From contig NC_079166.1 of assembly GCF_947568905.1 (NCBI RefSeq), positions 90,706,001 through 90,770,000 of the forward strand: 64,000 nt of DNA, in the 5' to 3' direction. This DNA is from Ostrea edulis (taxonomy: Eukaryota). The notes under the pieces were generated by a model that was not told where the DNA came from, searched no databases, and was given only the letters and a program-made list of their open reading frames with translations. The position numbers and the translations under genes were made by a program. Below, one piece after another: positions 46,301 to 58,100 of this stretch. How positions within the stretch are numbered: the stretch's first letter is position 1; each line of letters begins with the position of its first letter.

Positions 46301-46819
46301 TCATCAGTGGAATATGTTCGATATCAGATTGTTGTAGGTAAGATAAAATCCTTACCCTATCTCCAGAGTCTTTTTGTAGCAACATAAACATGACTGACAA
46401 TTCTAATATCGCATTTCCTGAACATGAATGCTGTTGTTGCTCCTAGGTATTCTGTAGATGGGTGTAATGAACGTTTTCGTTTTAAACCTGATGATATTGA
46501 GTATGCAAGATTCGTATTTACATTGCTACTTTAATTTGTAGAACTCAAATTCTAGCAATCGTAACGTATCTTTTACAGAGGAGATGATCAGATTCCTAGT
46601 TTGACCACTCATCATACACATGACGAAGTTGACATTTGCCACGAAAACGATGCAGTGTCAGCGGGAGAAGATGCACATAACATATTCGACATCCGTCCAG
46701 AGGACTTGGTTTCCAGACCACCAACTGCAACCTCCATGTTCAGACAACCGCCCACTAATGACCTGAGTAGAATATATGACCAGAAGCATCTCGACAAAAT
46801 GTTTAGTATTAGTAAATGA
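31357..46819 (+). CDS. Gene B: VWDE-like protein (signal, D8C, VWD, EGF, mucin stalk, TM, tail) with one in-frame stop
   Basis: Exons 31357-31432, 31777-31977, 33614-33775, 34198-34212, 36334-36614, 36705-36791, 37680-38078, 39222-39307 (CSSYIDPHLTSFDG), 39393-39471, 41368-41544, 41928-42139 (SGLCG), 42315-42582 (TAA at 42424-26; RKKR), 42691-42846 (RSKR), 42934-43102, 43195-43385 (CPNNCSGNGIC..CTCNYGYGGSDC), 43700-43939, 44117-44225, possibly 44373-44387, 44793-45633 (mucin plus TM), probably 45880-45936, 46579-46819. Confidence 0.88.
32473..33483. mobile_element. Non-autonomous DNA transposon, Kolobok-like (TTAA target duplication)
   Basis: TTAA|GGTAACTCATTACACTAAAA ... TTTTATTGTAGTGGGTTACC|TTAA. 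~20-bp imperfect TIR, no ORF. Confidence 0.7.
34478..34837. repeat. 36-bp minisatellite, ~10 copies
   Basis: Unit ATTATACCCAGATAAAACAGCATTCATGTCTATAAG. Confidence 0.95.
35348..36211. mobile_element. MITE, PIF/Harbinger-like (TTA target duplication, ~50-bp TIRs)
   Basis: TTA|GGGGTCATCCATAATTGTCAATCATTTTCCAAAGTGTGC ... GCGCACTTTGGAAAATGGTTGACAATTATGGATGACCCC|TTA. A different repeat fragment appears nested at ~35630-35900. Confidence 0.8.
38546..38985 (-). mobile_element. Penelope-like 3' fragment (RT C-terminus plus UTR) in a gene B intron
   Basis: ..SPACGVYISQLIQYARACSAYSQFLNRGKLLTN.. followed by the UTR. Confidence 0.9.
39530..39830 (-). mobile_element. Decayed Penelope-like 3' fragment
   Basis: GAACAGTGATTAATCTCGTAACTCC..AAACACGGACCCTGG..CTAGATTGTTACGACC. 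Confidence 0.65.
40505..41067 (+). mobile_element. Retrozyme copy R5 (~1.6 tandem units, 350-nt period)
   Basis: Two hammerheads with cleavage-site equivalents at 40682 and 41032. The first has C3>A, the second lacks the G of GAAA. Confidence 0.92.
43988..44116 (+). repeat. 44-bp tandem repeat (3 copies) ending at a gene B splice acceptor
   Basis: TTGTTTCCGTTGTAAATTCACATGGAATTAATGATTTTAAGACA x3. The last copy ends TTTTTAG|GAT. Confidence 0.85.
44861..45325 (+). repeat. Coding 60-bp tandem repeat (~7.5 copies) forming a Ser/Thr mucin stalk
   Basis: GAQTTLGISSSTSAPGTTST units starting at 44873, 44933, ... 45293. Confidence 0.95.
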
Positions 46820-47547
46820 CATTCGATCATGTTGGTTATTTTTATATCTTAACGTTGGAACTCTTTCTTTAATACACGTTACGAAACAATGGTTTTGAAA
46901 CATATGTTCAATGTCTAAAATGTACAAACAACAATGATAATGGAGACAGAAGCAGCTTAGGGTAAATCCGTCCCAGCAGAAAAACGAAATTCTGTATTAT
47001 CTCTTTCAATGTTGTGGAAAAATAATGCATGTGCGGTACTCGGTCGTGTTTTGATTAATTATTTCAGCTTTTTTTTACAGTAAATTTCATTCCAAAATGT
47101 CCTTTTTGCAAAATTGTTTGTAATTGCGTCGAACAAATTCCAAATAATTTATTTATAGACGTTGCTGTGATATCTGACTTCAAATAAGAAATTAAATCTT
47201 ACAAGCACATTTGTTAAAAAAATAACCGTATTTTCAGCTTAGACGTTTTGGCTTAGTGATTTAATTCTTTTTTCTCAATGATCAATAATCAATATATCAG
47301 AATCTACTCAGCAACTTTAAAAGAAATTTGGAAGAATTTTGTATAATTTCATTGTACAAACTATGGATATTGGAATAAGCTGGTATCACAATGCATTTAT
47401 TTCATTAAAAAAAATGGGTCGTCAAGGCCATGCATTATGTATCCATGTAATGATGACTCGATGCGGCCATATACATTGTGAGATATGCAAATATCCTGAT
47501 TTTTGGTAAACGAAATGCATTGCTGATTTATGACAAGTTTAAAATGT

Positions 47548-47553
<6 letters not shown>

Positions 47554-47604
<51 letters not shown>
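47554..47604. repeat. (TA)n microsatellite
   Basis: Direct read. Confidence 0.98.
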
Positions 47605-47609
<5 letters not shown>

Positions 47610-47761
47610 GAAAAAGAATAAACAGTACACAAAGTTAAAAATTTAACGCAAGCGCTTTCATTTTATAATCCTCAGGCGTTACATTTTAAAATAGTTTTTA
47701 AATTTTTAACTTTGTGTACTGCTTATTCTATTTCTTTTAATATTTTATACCGGACACTGTG

Positions 47762-47894
47762 NNNNNNNNNNNNNNNNNNNNNNNNNNNNNNNNNNNNNNN
47801 NNNNNNNNNNNNNNNNNNNNNNNNNNNNNNNNNNNNNNNNNNNNNNNNNNNNNNNNNNNNNNNNNNNNNNNNNNNNNNNNNNNNNNNNNNNNNN
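47762..47894. other. Assembly gap (133 N)
   Basis: Run of N. Confidence 1.
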
Positions 47895-49778
47895 TTTAGT
47901 TTGTGAGGTCATATTTATTATCATATTACATAATATACACTTACAATATATTTCTAGGTCCTTAGTCAATCAATTACTCTCTAAACGTCTACATATTGTC
48001 TTTGATATCAATTTATTTAAACAACGTGATACTTAAAGTTAAATAAAGTATGGTGAAAAATGCCTCATTTTTTTTTTCAAATTCCTTAGACAACATTCAT
48101 CACTCTTACTAATGCATTATTTGCTGCAAAGGAAGGACCGCATATTCTGTCCAACGTATTATGCCCCATAGTAAGGAAGGTTCTATATCGTGTTGTGATT
48201 TGAGGCTCAGTTTTCAAAGCCATATCCAAAGGACGGGTGATTTCCTTTTCTACTATCATTATATATTTTGATTGATGTAGGTTTGATGCGGCACCAGGAT
48301 CCAACTCGTAACCGGTCCCCTTGGCTGCTTATCAAATACCCATGTCACAGTGCTGTCGCGACAGCTTGGCTCATTATGAGAAAAATCATATCAATTATGA
48401 GAAGTGGAGATAACGAACCATGATCAATCTCAGAAATCCTGCGCAGAATACATAAATGAATTAGGTTTGGGGCTTTCATAGATTCCTTGACACACTAGAG
48501 TTGGAACATGGTGCCTAAAAGGAGTAAGCATCCCATGTTGACAGGTTACGCCGGTCATGAGCCATTTATCTTCAGGTAAAATAATTCATAGTCAAAATTG
48601 ATATCTAAAGAACGACCATTTTAATTAGAGCAATGATCATTCTATCACATTACTTATGATAAGTAATTCAAATTCACTCAATCAATCGGTACATCACTTT
48701 TACGAAAGAATACTTTCTATAGGAATTCAATCAAATTAGGTCAGAATTTTGTAACTTATGTGGACATTGCAACGATCTAGTTGGGCAAAATGCTATGTGA
48801 CCTCTTTTATACCAATTGTTAAACTGTTCTTTAAGTATCAATTTCGACAATGCATTACTTTGTTTTTTCTGACCAAGGCATAGTACTCACGGCGGGTGTG
48901 ACCAGTCATCAGGGAAAACGTACTTTTTCTAGGCATTTGATCCTATATCTGGTGTACCAAGGTGCATGTGTTCACACTAATCTTCATTTTGTGTTCTTGA
49001 TACGATTTATAAGATTTGTCATTATTTTTTATCTTCACTTTTTCCTCCGTTGACTTTATAATCAATTTTCAATTATCATAATATTTTTGACTTTCGTGAT
49101 TCTGATATGCTATATTAATCTGATGAAGTATGTAATGCACATATATAGTTTATTTGAATATTCAGAGGTCAAGGTCACAGGACTATATTTTTCACTGATT
49201 GATATCCACGTAATTTGTTGGTTAGAAATGATCAGTAAAAACCGCACATTGTAAGGTATATAGGAACAAGACTGAATATGCTATTTTTGAAATTTGAAGT
49301 GATGATTTTCATTTCATTTTTCATGTTTACGAAACTTTCATCCATATAACTTTCAATTGAATGATGAAATATACACCTTTTCTTTATGATTTGTTAAAAC
49401 ATATATTTTGATGAAAAGATATGTATTTTTTTTATTCTAAGCTGTGTTAAGATTTTTCATTTCCTAATTTCAATTACAGTGTTTTATTTGAAATAGCCAG
49501 TAATATCAATGTAGACTAAAAAATACAATAAATATATGGTATGAATATGTATGCAAATTATTTCATATCGTCAACTAGCATATTTAAATCAGTCTTTTCT
49601 AATTTGAGATGAATATCATGGTTTACTGAAATGTCTTTAGTCAATAAATTATGTGCGCGAATCATGGACAAAGGTTATTTCAGTATACTCTATTTACAAT
49701 ACAGTATTGTACATAACAGGTTTTCAGAATATTACTGTATCCAGGTTGTCTAAACTAAGTAATTTGGATTTCTTATGT

Positions 49779-49814
<36 letters not shown>

Positions 49815-50359
49815 ATGATTAGTTGATTATAGACAAGTGCATCTGAAAATATAGAATGACATCTGGGACGAACGTATATGAAAATCATATGTGTAATTAC
49901 TTGAAACACACCAGTTTGAACATAGAACGTTTGGTGCTGGTGTTCGTATGTTGTTTTTACCGTAAGACCTAACTTATTAAAATTAGCATTAGGTGAAATG
50001 AGTAGCGGATCAAGATATAGGGCTCACGGCGGGTGTGGCCGGTCGACAGATGATGCTTACTCTCCCTGGATACCTGATCCCACCTCTGGTATATCCAGGG
50101 ATCCGTGTTTGTCCAACACTCTATTTGGTATTGCTTATATGAGTTGTGAGATTGATCACTGTTCGTTATATTCACCTTTCATACATTTCAAATCAATGAT
50201 GGAAACAGTTTCCTCCTTACGAAAGTTTTGTTCGTCGTCCGTTTAAAAGTTTCAAATTATTGATTTCTACTCAGATTTACCAGGGAAATATAAAATTTGA
50301 CACAAATATTATTGCATGGATATTGTAGGTTATTGAAACACCGATAAATATAAATTGAC

Positions 50360-50910
50360 ATGTAAGGTGAAGATAACGAGCAGTGATCAATCTCATAACT
50401 CCTACAAGCAATACAAAATAGATAGTTGGGCAAACACGGACCCCGGACACACCAGAGGTGGGATCAGGTGCCTAGGAGGAGTAAGAATCCCCTGTTGACC
50501 GGTCACACCCGCCGTGAGCCCCATATCCTGATCAGGTAAACGGAGATATCCGCAGTCAAATCAGTGTGCCAAGAACGGCTTATCAATCGGTATGAAACAC
50601 GTCAGACACCATTTGACCCAATGCGAGGTTGTATTGACGAACTAGATCGTTATAACGATCATAGAATTTGCGAAATGCTGACTTCAATGGAGACTGTTGA
50701 AATCCCTGTACCATCAACTTGTTTGTCAGTAGCTTACCTCGATTTAAAAACTGACTATGCGCAGAAGAAGCTCTTGCATATCGAATCAGTTGAGATATAT
50801 AAACACCATATGCAGGTGATAATGGAATATTGCTACAAAAATGTGGGAAGTTGACGATGGAGAAGCTAAAATCATCCCGTTTGTCATACAGTTGAGTTGA
50901 CAGTTTGCCG
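50360..50910 (-). mobile_element. Penelope-like 3' fragment specific to duplication copy 2
   Basis: GKLSTQLYDKRDDFSFSIVNFPH..VFHTD*. Very similar to 16887-17440. Confidence 0.92.
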
Positions 50911-52190
50911 TTATAATAAGTTTTACATTGCAAACAAGCATCGCCTTTCAGTTACTACGAGAGTTTGATCCATCAACTTGGTATACAAAATTGGATGCAT
51001 ATTTGGCGAGTGAATTGTTTGGCGGAAGGCTATCTAACCGCTAAAATAAACTAGATTTATCACCCCGCGAACAAAAAGCCCCGCAATACGGTAATATTAA
51101 TGATGTCGTCATCTAAACAGTCAAGAAATAATCAATCAATAAATAAAAGTGTGATATGCGACAGTAATATGCAACAGGTATTTCGTATAGTAGACCCAAG
51201 TTCATTCATATGATATTTATGGCAAGAACACCCCCACAAATTCAAAATAGGACATAGCAACACATTAGAAAATCTTTTGAAATATTCTCGAGAGAAACAA
51301 ATACAAATTTCTAACATTGATATTGAAGTATCCTAATGTAGCTGTTCTCAAAAAATAAAATACATACCATTCCGAGATCTTAATGGGGCTAAACGATGGA
51401 TAATAATAGTCAGGTAGACACAAAGAATGGTATTGCTGACATATATGATATCCTTGAAAGAAACCATAGCAGGTGAGTGTCTATATAACGAATTCATCCT
51501 GTCGATGATTTTACATATACATTGCTTAAAGGAACATTGCCATTATTCATTCTTGATGGTTTTCTAATGTACAACAATACAAAATGACTGCAATGTATGT
51601 ATTCTTGAAAGACGTTATTAAACGTACAACAATGAAAACGTGTTGCAAAATTTAAACAAACAACAACAGGATTAAAACAATTTTAAAAAAAATGTAAATT
51701 CTAAAAAAAAAATGATTCATTTGTTTTCGTTTACCTATGACGTCATTATATGCACTGGTTATTTTCCAGTGAAAGGGTACATGTATAATCATGACGTCAT
51801 ATTACATATACTTGGTACGTAAACCACATGGAAGTGGCATATTGGCAACATTAGGTAAGTAAGTAATATCGTTGTATATAGCATTTGTTTCGACCAATGG
51901 AATTCGAAGATTTTTTTTATCAGAGACAGGGTAATAAATTTTACAAATGAGACGCTGTTTATGTTATTTTTTAAAAGAACTGAACGTATAAAGATTCTCA
52001 AGATGTTACACAAGCGTTGTCTTGTACTGTGAAAGGTTTGTTTTATAGAAAACCCAAGCCATTTCTTATTAAGTATTTTTTTTTTATGTACAGACTCTAA
52101 ATGACTATATACAATTTCTACCTTCACATTCACATGGATCATCTGCTTCTTAACATATATACATGTATACATAGTCTCATGATACAGTAC

Positions 52191-52682
52191 TGTAGCGGGC
52201 AGTGTAAGGTTGAACTTGTACTGTCTCGCTAGAGAGCTAGGTTTTCTAGTGATGTGGTAGAGTGTCTCTCTTCATCACGCAAGTTAAGCAATGGTGAGTG
52301 TTGTCAGTACGTTGCTTGGTGACAGCTACACATTACAAATTGGTGACAGCGTAGTGTTTAGTGGGATGCCTGCTTCAGATAGAGTCTCTTCGGAGCTCTG
52401 CAAACGAAAGTGGATTCGTCCGGGGACGACGGTGGTTTTCGTCGGGTACGGCGGATGCTGTTGCTAAGCAGGTGCCAAACACTCAGAGAGGACTCACGCT
52501 AAGCATCGGGATGAATATGTCCCGAGTAGGGGAAATGTAGCGGACAGTATAAGAGAGAACTTTTACTGCCGCGCTAGAGAAATAGCTTTTCTAGTGATGT
52601 GGTAGAGTATCTATCTTGATCACGCAAGTTAAGCAACGACGAGCGTGATCAGCACTTGGCTGGGTGACCGCTACACGTCTCA
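52191..52682 (+). mobile_element. TRIM-like element, paralog of 3554-4054
   Basis: LTRs 52191-52337 (TG..CA) and 52536-52682 (TG..CA), PBS TGGTGACAGCG, PPT GAGTAGGGGAAA. Confidence 0.85.
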
Positions 52683-53649
52683 GTATAGTATATCATTCAA
52701 CTAAAACGCTACATATTATACTACTCTCAGTATGAAAGTATGAAGTTTTTAATTGATACATACACAAATGATATGCTGTACAAAACAAAATCGTGAGTAT
52801 TCACAAGTCACCATCAGCTGTGAAAATTATATGAACTGTGTATCCTGGTTAGTAGTGTTTATTACTGGACTGGAAATGCATGAAAGGGGGAGTATTGCTT
52901 TCAACAGGGGTCGATGACCGCTCGAATTCATTACCAGGAAGCGTAACTTTGCTTTGTCGCACCTCTCGTTCTTGTTTTTTCTTTCTGTGGTAAGATAATA
53001 TACAGTAAATTATCCTCGGTGATGTATCTATGTTCTTTTATTGCACATAATTGGATAATCTACATTAGTCTGTGTTGTTGTTGTACGATACACATTCGTA
53101 ATATTTTGGAAAACATTTTTTCAAACAGGATATTGAAAAGAAAGAAAATGTATGTACCAGTCAGTAAAAATAACAGAAAATAAATACAAAGAAATCAGGA
53201 ACAGGAACTACATGTACTTTTTTTTAAATTTACACGCAGAATTCATCATTACTATGTCACCCTCTCAACAGGACATGTTGACAATTCATTAGCAATGCAG
53301 AACAGCTTAGTGGTTACAACACTTGTATTACGATCTGGAGGTCCTGTTTGAATATCGATCCCGACCCAGTATCAAGCATACAAAGTTTAACATAGACGAT
53401 GAGTGTTCTATCACCAAGGAAACTGAGTAGAAATACGAGTCGTCGGTCATTCGGATATGACCTTTAATTTTTTTCAGTTTGACAACTTTGAGCTTAAAGC
53501 AAATTTATGACATCTCACCTAAAAACTAATGTCCTCTTTACATCAGCGAACAATTCTCAATGGGACGTAAACAGCGATCAAACAAGAGTGCGAAGATATG
53601 GATGTTAGATTATACTTTTGCCAAACTCTCTACTTCATATTCAGAGTTA

Positions 53650-53897
53650 TGATTGATTGATTGATATTTTCCGCCACACTCAACAATTTTTTTCAGTTAT
53701 CTGGTGGTGTCCAGTTTTTATTGGTGAAAGAGAGAATCCAGATACAATGTACCTGGGAAGAGACCACCGACCTTCCGAAAGTAAAATGGGAAACTTTCTC
53801 ACTTACCAGCGCGATCGGGATTCGAATCCGCGCTGAGAGAGGTGAGAGGCCGCGTGGTTTTGAGCGCGATGCTCTGACCACTCTGCCACAGAGGACC
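53650..53897 (-). mobile_element. tRNA-derived SINE (paralog of 5017-5268)
   Basis: B-box GGATTCGAATCCCG and AATC tail. Confidence 0.8.
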
Positions 53898-55155
53898 TTG
53901 GAGTTATGAGATTGATCACTATTCATTATCTTTACCTCTCATTTATATTTTCATCGCATGGATACAAACTTTAGCTTTATATACCTTATTGCACATTGCA
54001 TAATCACATTGTTAGTCATAGTGTATGTGACCGGTAAACAGGGGATACTTAGTCTTTTGATGCACATGATTCCACCTCTGATGGTTCGTGCCTGTTCTAC
54101 TCTCGAATTAATATTTCATATGGGACTAAAGTTATAACAGAAAGGTGAAAACAACGAACAGTCATCAATCTCATGACTTCTATAAGCAATACAAAATAGA
54201 GATTCGGGTAAACACGGACCCCTGGATATACCAGAGGCGGGGTCATGTACCTATGAAAAATAAGCATCCTCTGTCGACCGGTTACACCCGCCACATATAT
54301 GGCTTTCAATCTGAAAATTTCATTTTGCTGTAAAATGTGCTATTACGATAGGTGTGCTTGTAACTTTAACCATTGTCATTGATAAAATCAAAATTAAGTT
54401 TAAGATTTTTTTCAATTTGATATAAAGATTTCAGTTTTATGGAATACATAGCATGATATTGAACGGGAAGACAGTAATGTAATTTTGCGTCATTCTGGAT
54501 AGGTTTAATAACACAAATATTCATTACAAAAGTTTATAAACCTTATGTTTTCTCTCATTGAAATGATAATTCGCAATTTTGCAACAAAACTTTTCGACAC
54601 AAAAAGTAAGAGTTGGTGTTACTTTGCAGGGAGTGATTGCTGTTTGTTATTTTCACTGTTTTTAAGAGTAACAACTTCAGAGAGTAGTGACAAGTAAAGA
54701 AATTCGGATCTGGATAAAAAGGAATTTCGACAGCCATATTTCATTAAATGCCATATAGCTGAGATGAATATTCCCACCTGTCAAGTCAAACTTGGTAGAA
54801 TTCAGTCTTCCATTAATCCATAGTGGTGAAACCAATAACTTGATCTATACGATAATAAACGTATTTTGTGCAGCAGAAAATTCTAAAATTAGTTTAGTAT
54901 AGGTGATACATAAATTTATCTTTATTTTTCGTTCTCCATTCATCTTCTTTGACTAATTATCACCACTCTCATGTATTTCATTGTTACGGTTTTCTAACTT
55001 TAAAAAGAGAATGCCATTGTAACATATTATCATGATACTGTATAAATTGGGACATCCATATTAATCTCTTCAATAACACAGTGAAAAATGTGATGTTTCT
55101 GCAAATGAAGGATGGTTCTTAAACACTATTCATGATCAACGAATTTTACGCTTAC

Positions 55156-58100
55156 TTGTAAACGTAGAATATGATCGCCCCAGTGACAGCGGATATAACG
55201 GCCACAAGCAATACAACTGTCACAATGGCAACGATGTACTTTGATTTTAAATCTATAACAAAACAGAAAAAGGGATTATTCATAGGGAATAACTGCTCAA
55301 TAAAAACAATGCTCCGACTTGACAGCAACATAAATGATTCAATGATTAGGCAGGAAAAAAAAAACGACCAATATATCATTGAGCAATATATTTGGTAAAC
55401 ACCGATATTTTTTTTTTTACATGATTTGAGGCTTTATAATCAGTTATAATCGTGTGACCGTTCGGCATGGGATGCTTACTCCTCCTAGGCACTTGATCCT
55501 ATAATAATGTATCTGATTATAGATTATGGATTATAATGTACAATAATGTGTCACCTATTTCGTCTTGCTTTCGATGTGCGATCTGTGATTCTGTTTTCAT
55601 GTGTATTTATTAACTTTTCCTTAGAACTTTTATGCTAATAGTGTTTTAGCTTTTAACGTAACATTTTAGAATGCTTTCTAGATAGTTTGTATAGTGTTCG
55701 CCAAAAAAAAAAAAAAAAAAACAACCTTTAACTATCGATCTTAATAGTAATCTTTTATATTGATGATTTTATAGATGAAAGATTGTATGTCATTCTGTCA
55801 TTCATTTTCATTTAAAAGGAAAGGCAACCCTAATCACATTGTTGCCTTTATGAATAAAGTATTTCTTACTGATATCGTAAATGACAGTCTTTAACAACAA
55901 AAAGACTTGCTTAACAATTAAATCAATATTAATATCTTATATTTCAAATTACCCGCCGTTAAGAGAGCGGCCATGGAAGTTTAATTTATTACGCCACACG
56001 TCGGTACCGGTTTATTTCATCAGCAGCATTGTGAACATGACAACTCCTAAACAGTTAAGTTTGGAGCCGTATAGATTTGAGCCCGTTCTTTCGCAAGAAG
56101 AATTTAAGAAAAAAAGACGTTCAGTCGAGTCGCAGACCAGATAGGTAGGTGGTACTTGTTTATTCATACATGTAAATGTCTCAAACTTCAATTTATCATT
56201 ACGCAAGTGATGGATCCACAGTTCACATACTATTTTCTTTTCAAATAACTTTGTTGGGTCAGGAATTTCGGTAAAAAACTTTTTTTCACATATCCTCTTC
56301 GCATTAGTATAATTTACTGCTTGACAGGAAGGCACCAACTATTTACAATGTATTCGTAAAATATACCACATGCACATCTTTGATGATTTTTGAATCTCAT
56401 AAAAACGGAAGAGACCATGTGACGTGAAACTTATTGATTTTGGTGGTCTTGAATACAAAAGAGTTCCGCATCATGGCAGTCTCTATAGATGACGAGAATT
56501 TAAATTTTTAACGTTTTAAAATTAGTACTGAAGATTATCTAGGCTGTATATCAACAGAATAGTATGACAAGTCTTTATCATATAATTATTCCCATCATTT
56601 ATCATGTAAAATTATTTGGGTTGCGTTTCCCTTTAATTGTGTGCTGTTTTCTATCATTGCCTCCCTAACTGTTACCCCTGTAAAGCGCTTTAGAGTGATT
56701 TGTTTTACATAAGGTGCTATATAAATTATATTTATTATCTTTTTATTATTACCCCACTTCAGGTATATCCAGGGGTCTGTGTTTGCCGAACTCTCTATTT
56801 TGTATTGTGTATAGTAGATATGAGATTGATAACTGTTCGTTATGTTCACTTTTCATATAAAACGTATCTTGACACTTCAAGTACAGAATGTATGCAGAAA
56901 AATAGAAACATTTTATGTGAAAATGATTTAGAATGTCATAGAGAACGTAACTGGCGTTGCGGAAAGTTTATGTTCATGGCGGCGTAATGATCACGTTTGA
57001 TAACATGTTCATTCTCACAAGAAGCTTCGGATTACGAAGAAGCTATAGCTATTATTAATTAGCAATACATAGTATCATGCAAAGAGTGTTTGAAATCTAA
57101 AATAACCGAGGACAGGAGGGGGTTGATGAACGCATTCACTGTTATGTATATTAAAAGGAATATTCATATGTATAGTATAGGCAAATATGCTGCATATATA
57201 TACACATGATTGTGAACACCAAGCAAGCTGCATGTAACATAGACCACAGACTATAAGAGTTTTATGATGCAAATATTTACTAAACTGGAATGTACATATA
57301 TTACTGTATTAACAAACCGTTGTAATCTTTGCTTGGAACATATTTGCTTTCAGTCGTCGTGGTGGGAATCGTGCTAGTTGTGGTGGGAGTCGTAGTAGTT
57401 GGGTATTCACACGATCCGTTAGTGCCTACACAAAATATAAATAGCTATAGTAATAAGATATTCATGAAAGGTGAAGATAACGAACAGTGATCAATCTCAT
57501 AACTCCTACAAGCAATACAAACTAGATCGTTGGGCAAACACGGACCACTGGACACATCAGAGGTGGGATCAGGTGCCTAGGAGGAGTAAACATCCCCTGT
57601 TGACCAGACCCGCCTTATATCCTGATAAGGTAAACGGTGTTATCCGCAGCGTCCCAAATATTCATAACCACAATGAAATTGAAGTCTTTCCTCCGAGCCG
57701 ATAGTACCTATAACACATCAGTAGTGGGGCGTTGTCTCTAATGACTAAAGCGCGAGAAATAATCCGAGCTAAATCTGAACTTTTAAAAAGATTTAACAAT
57801 GACACCATTCCCAGAATTCCTTCGTCAAAAGTAGCGTATATCTCATTCACACTTTGAACTAAGATTGTGAACTTACGTGGATTGTCGTTCTAATCTTATG
57901 GTATCCTAACTCTAAAATGCCGTGCACGATTAGGCCTAATATTTCACGAAATGTACATAATGTTGATAAAAGCAGGGCAAGACGATGAGTAATGTAAGAG
58001 TTCGCTTTATGCAACAAAAAGTTCTTTGTTTTTCCGTGTCGAAAAATAAGAACTGCACAAAATATATATACCGGTTTCACTTCCTTGGCATGTTCAGTAA

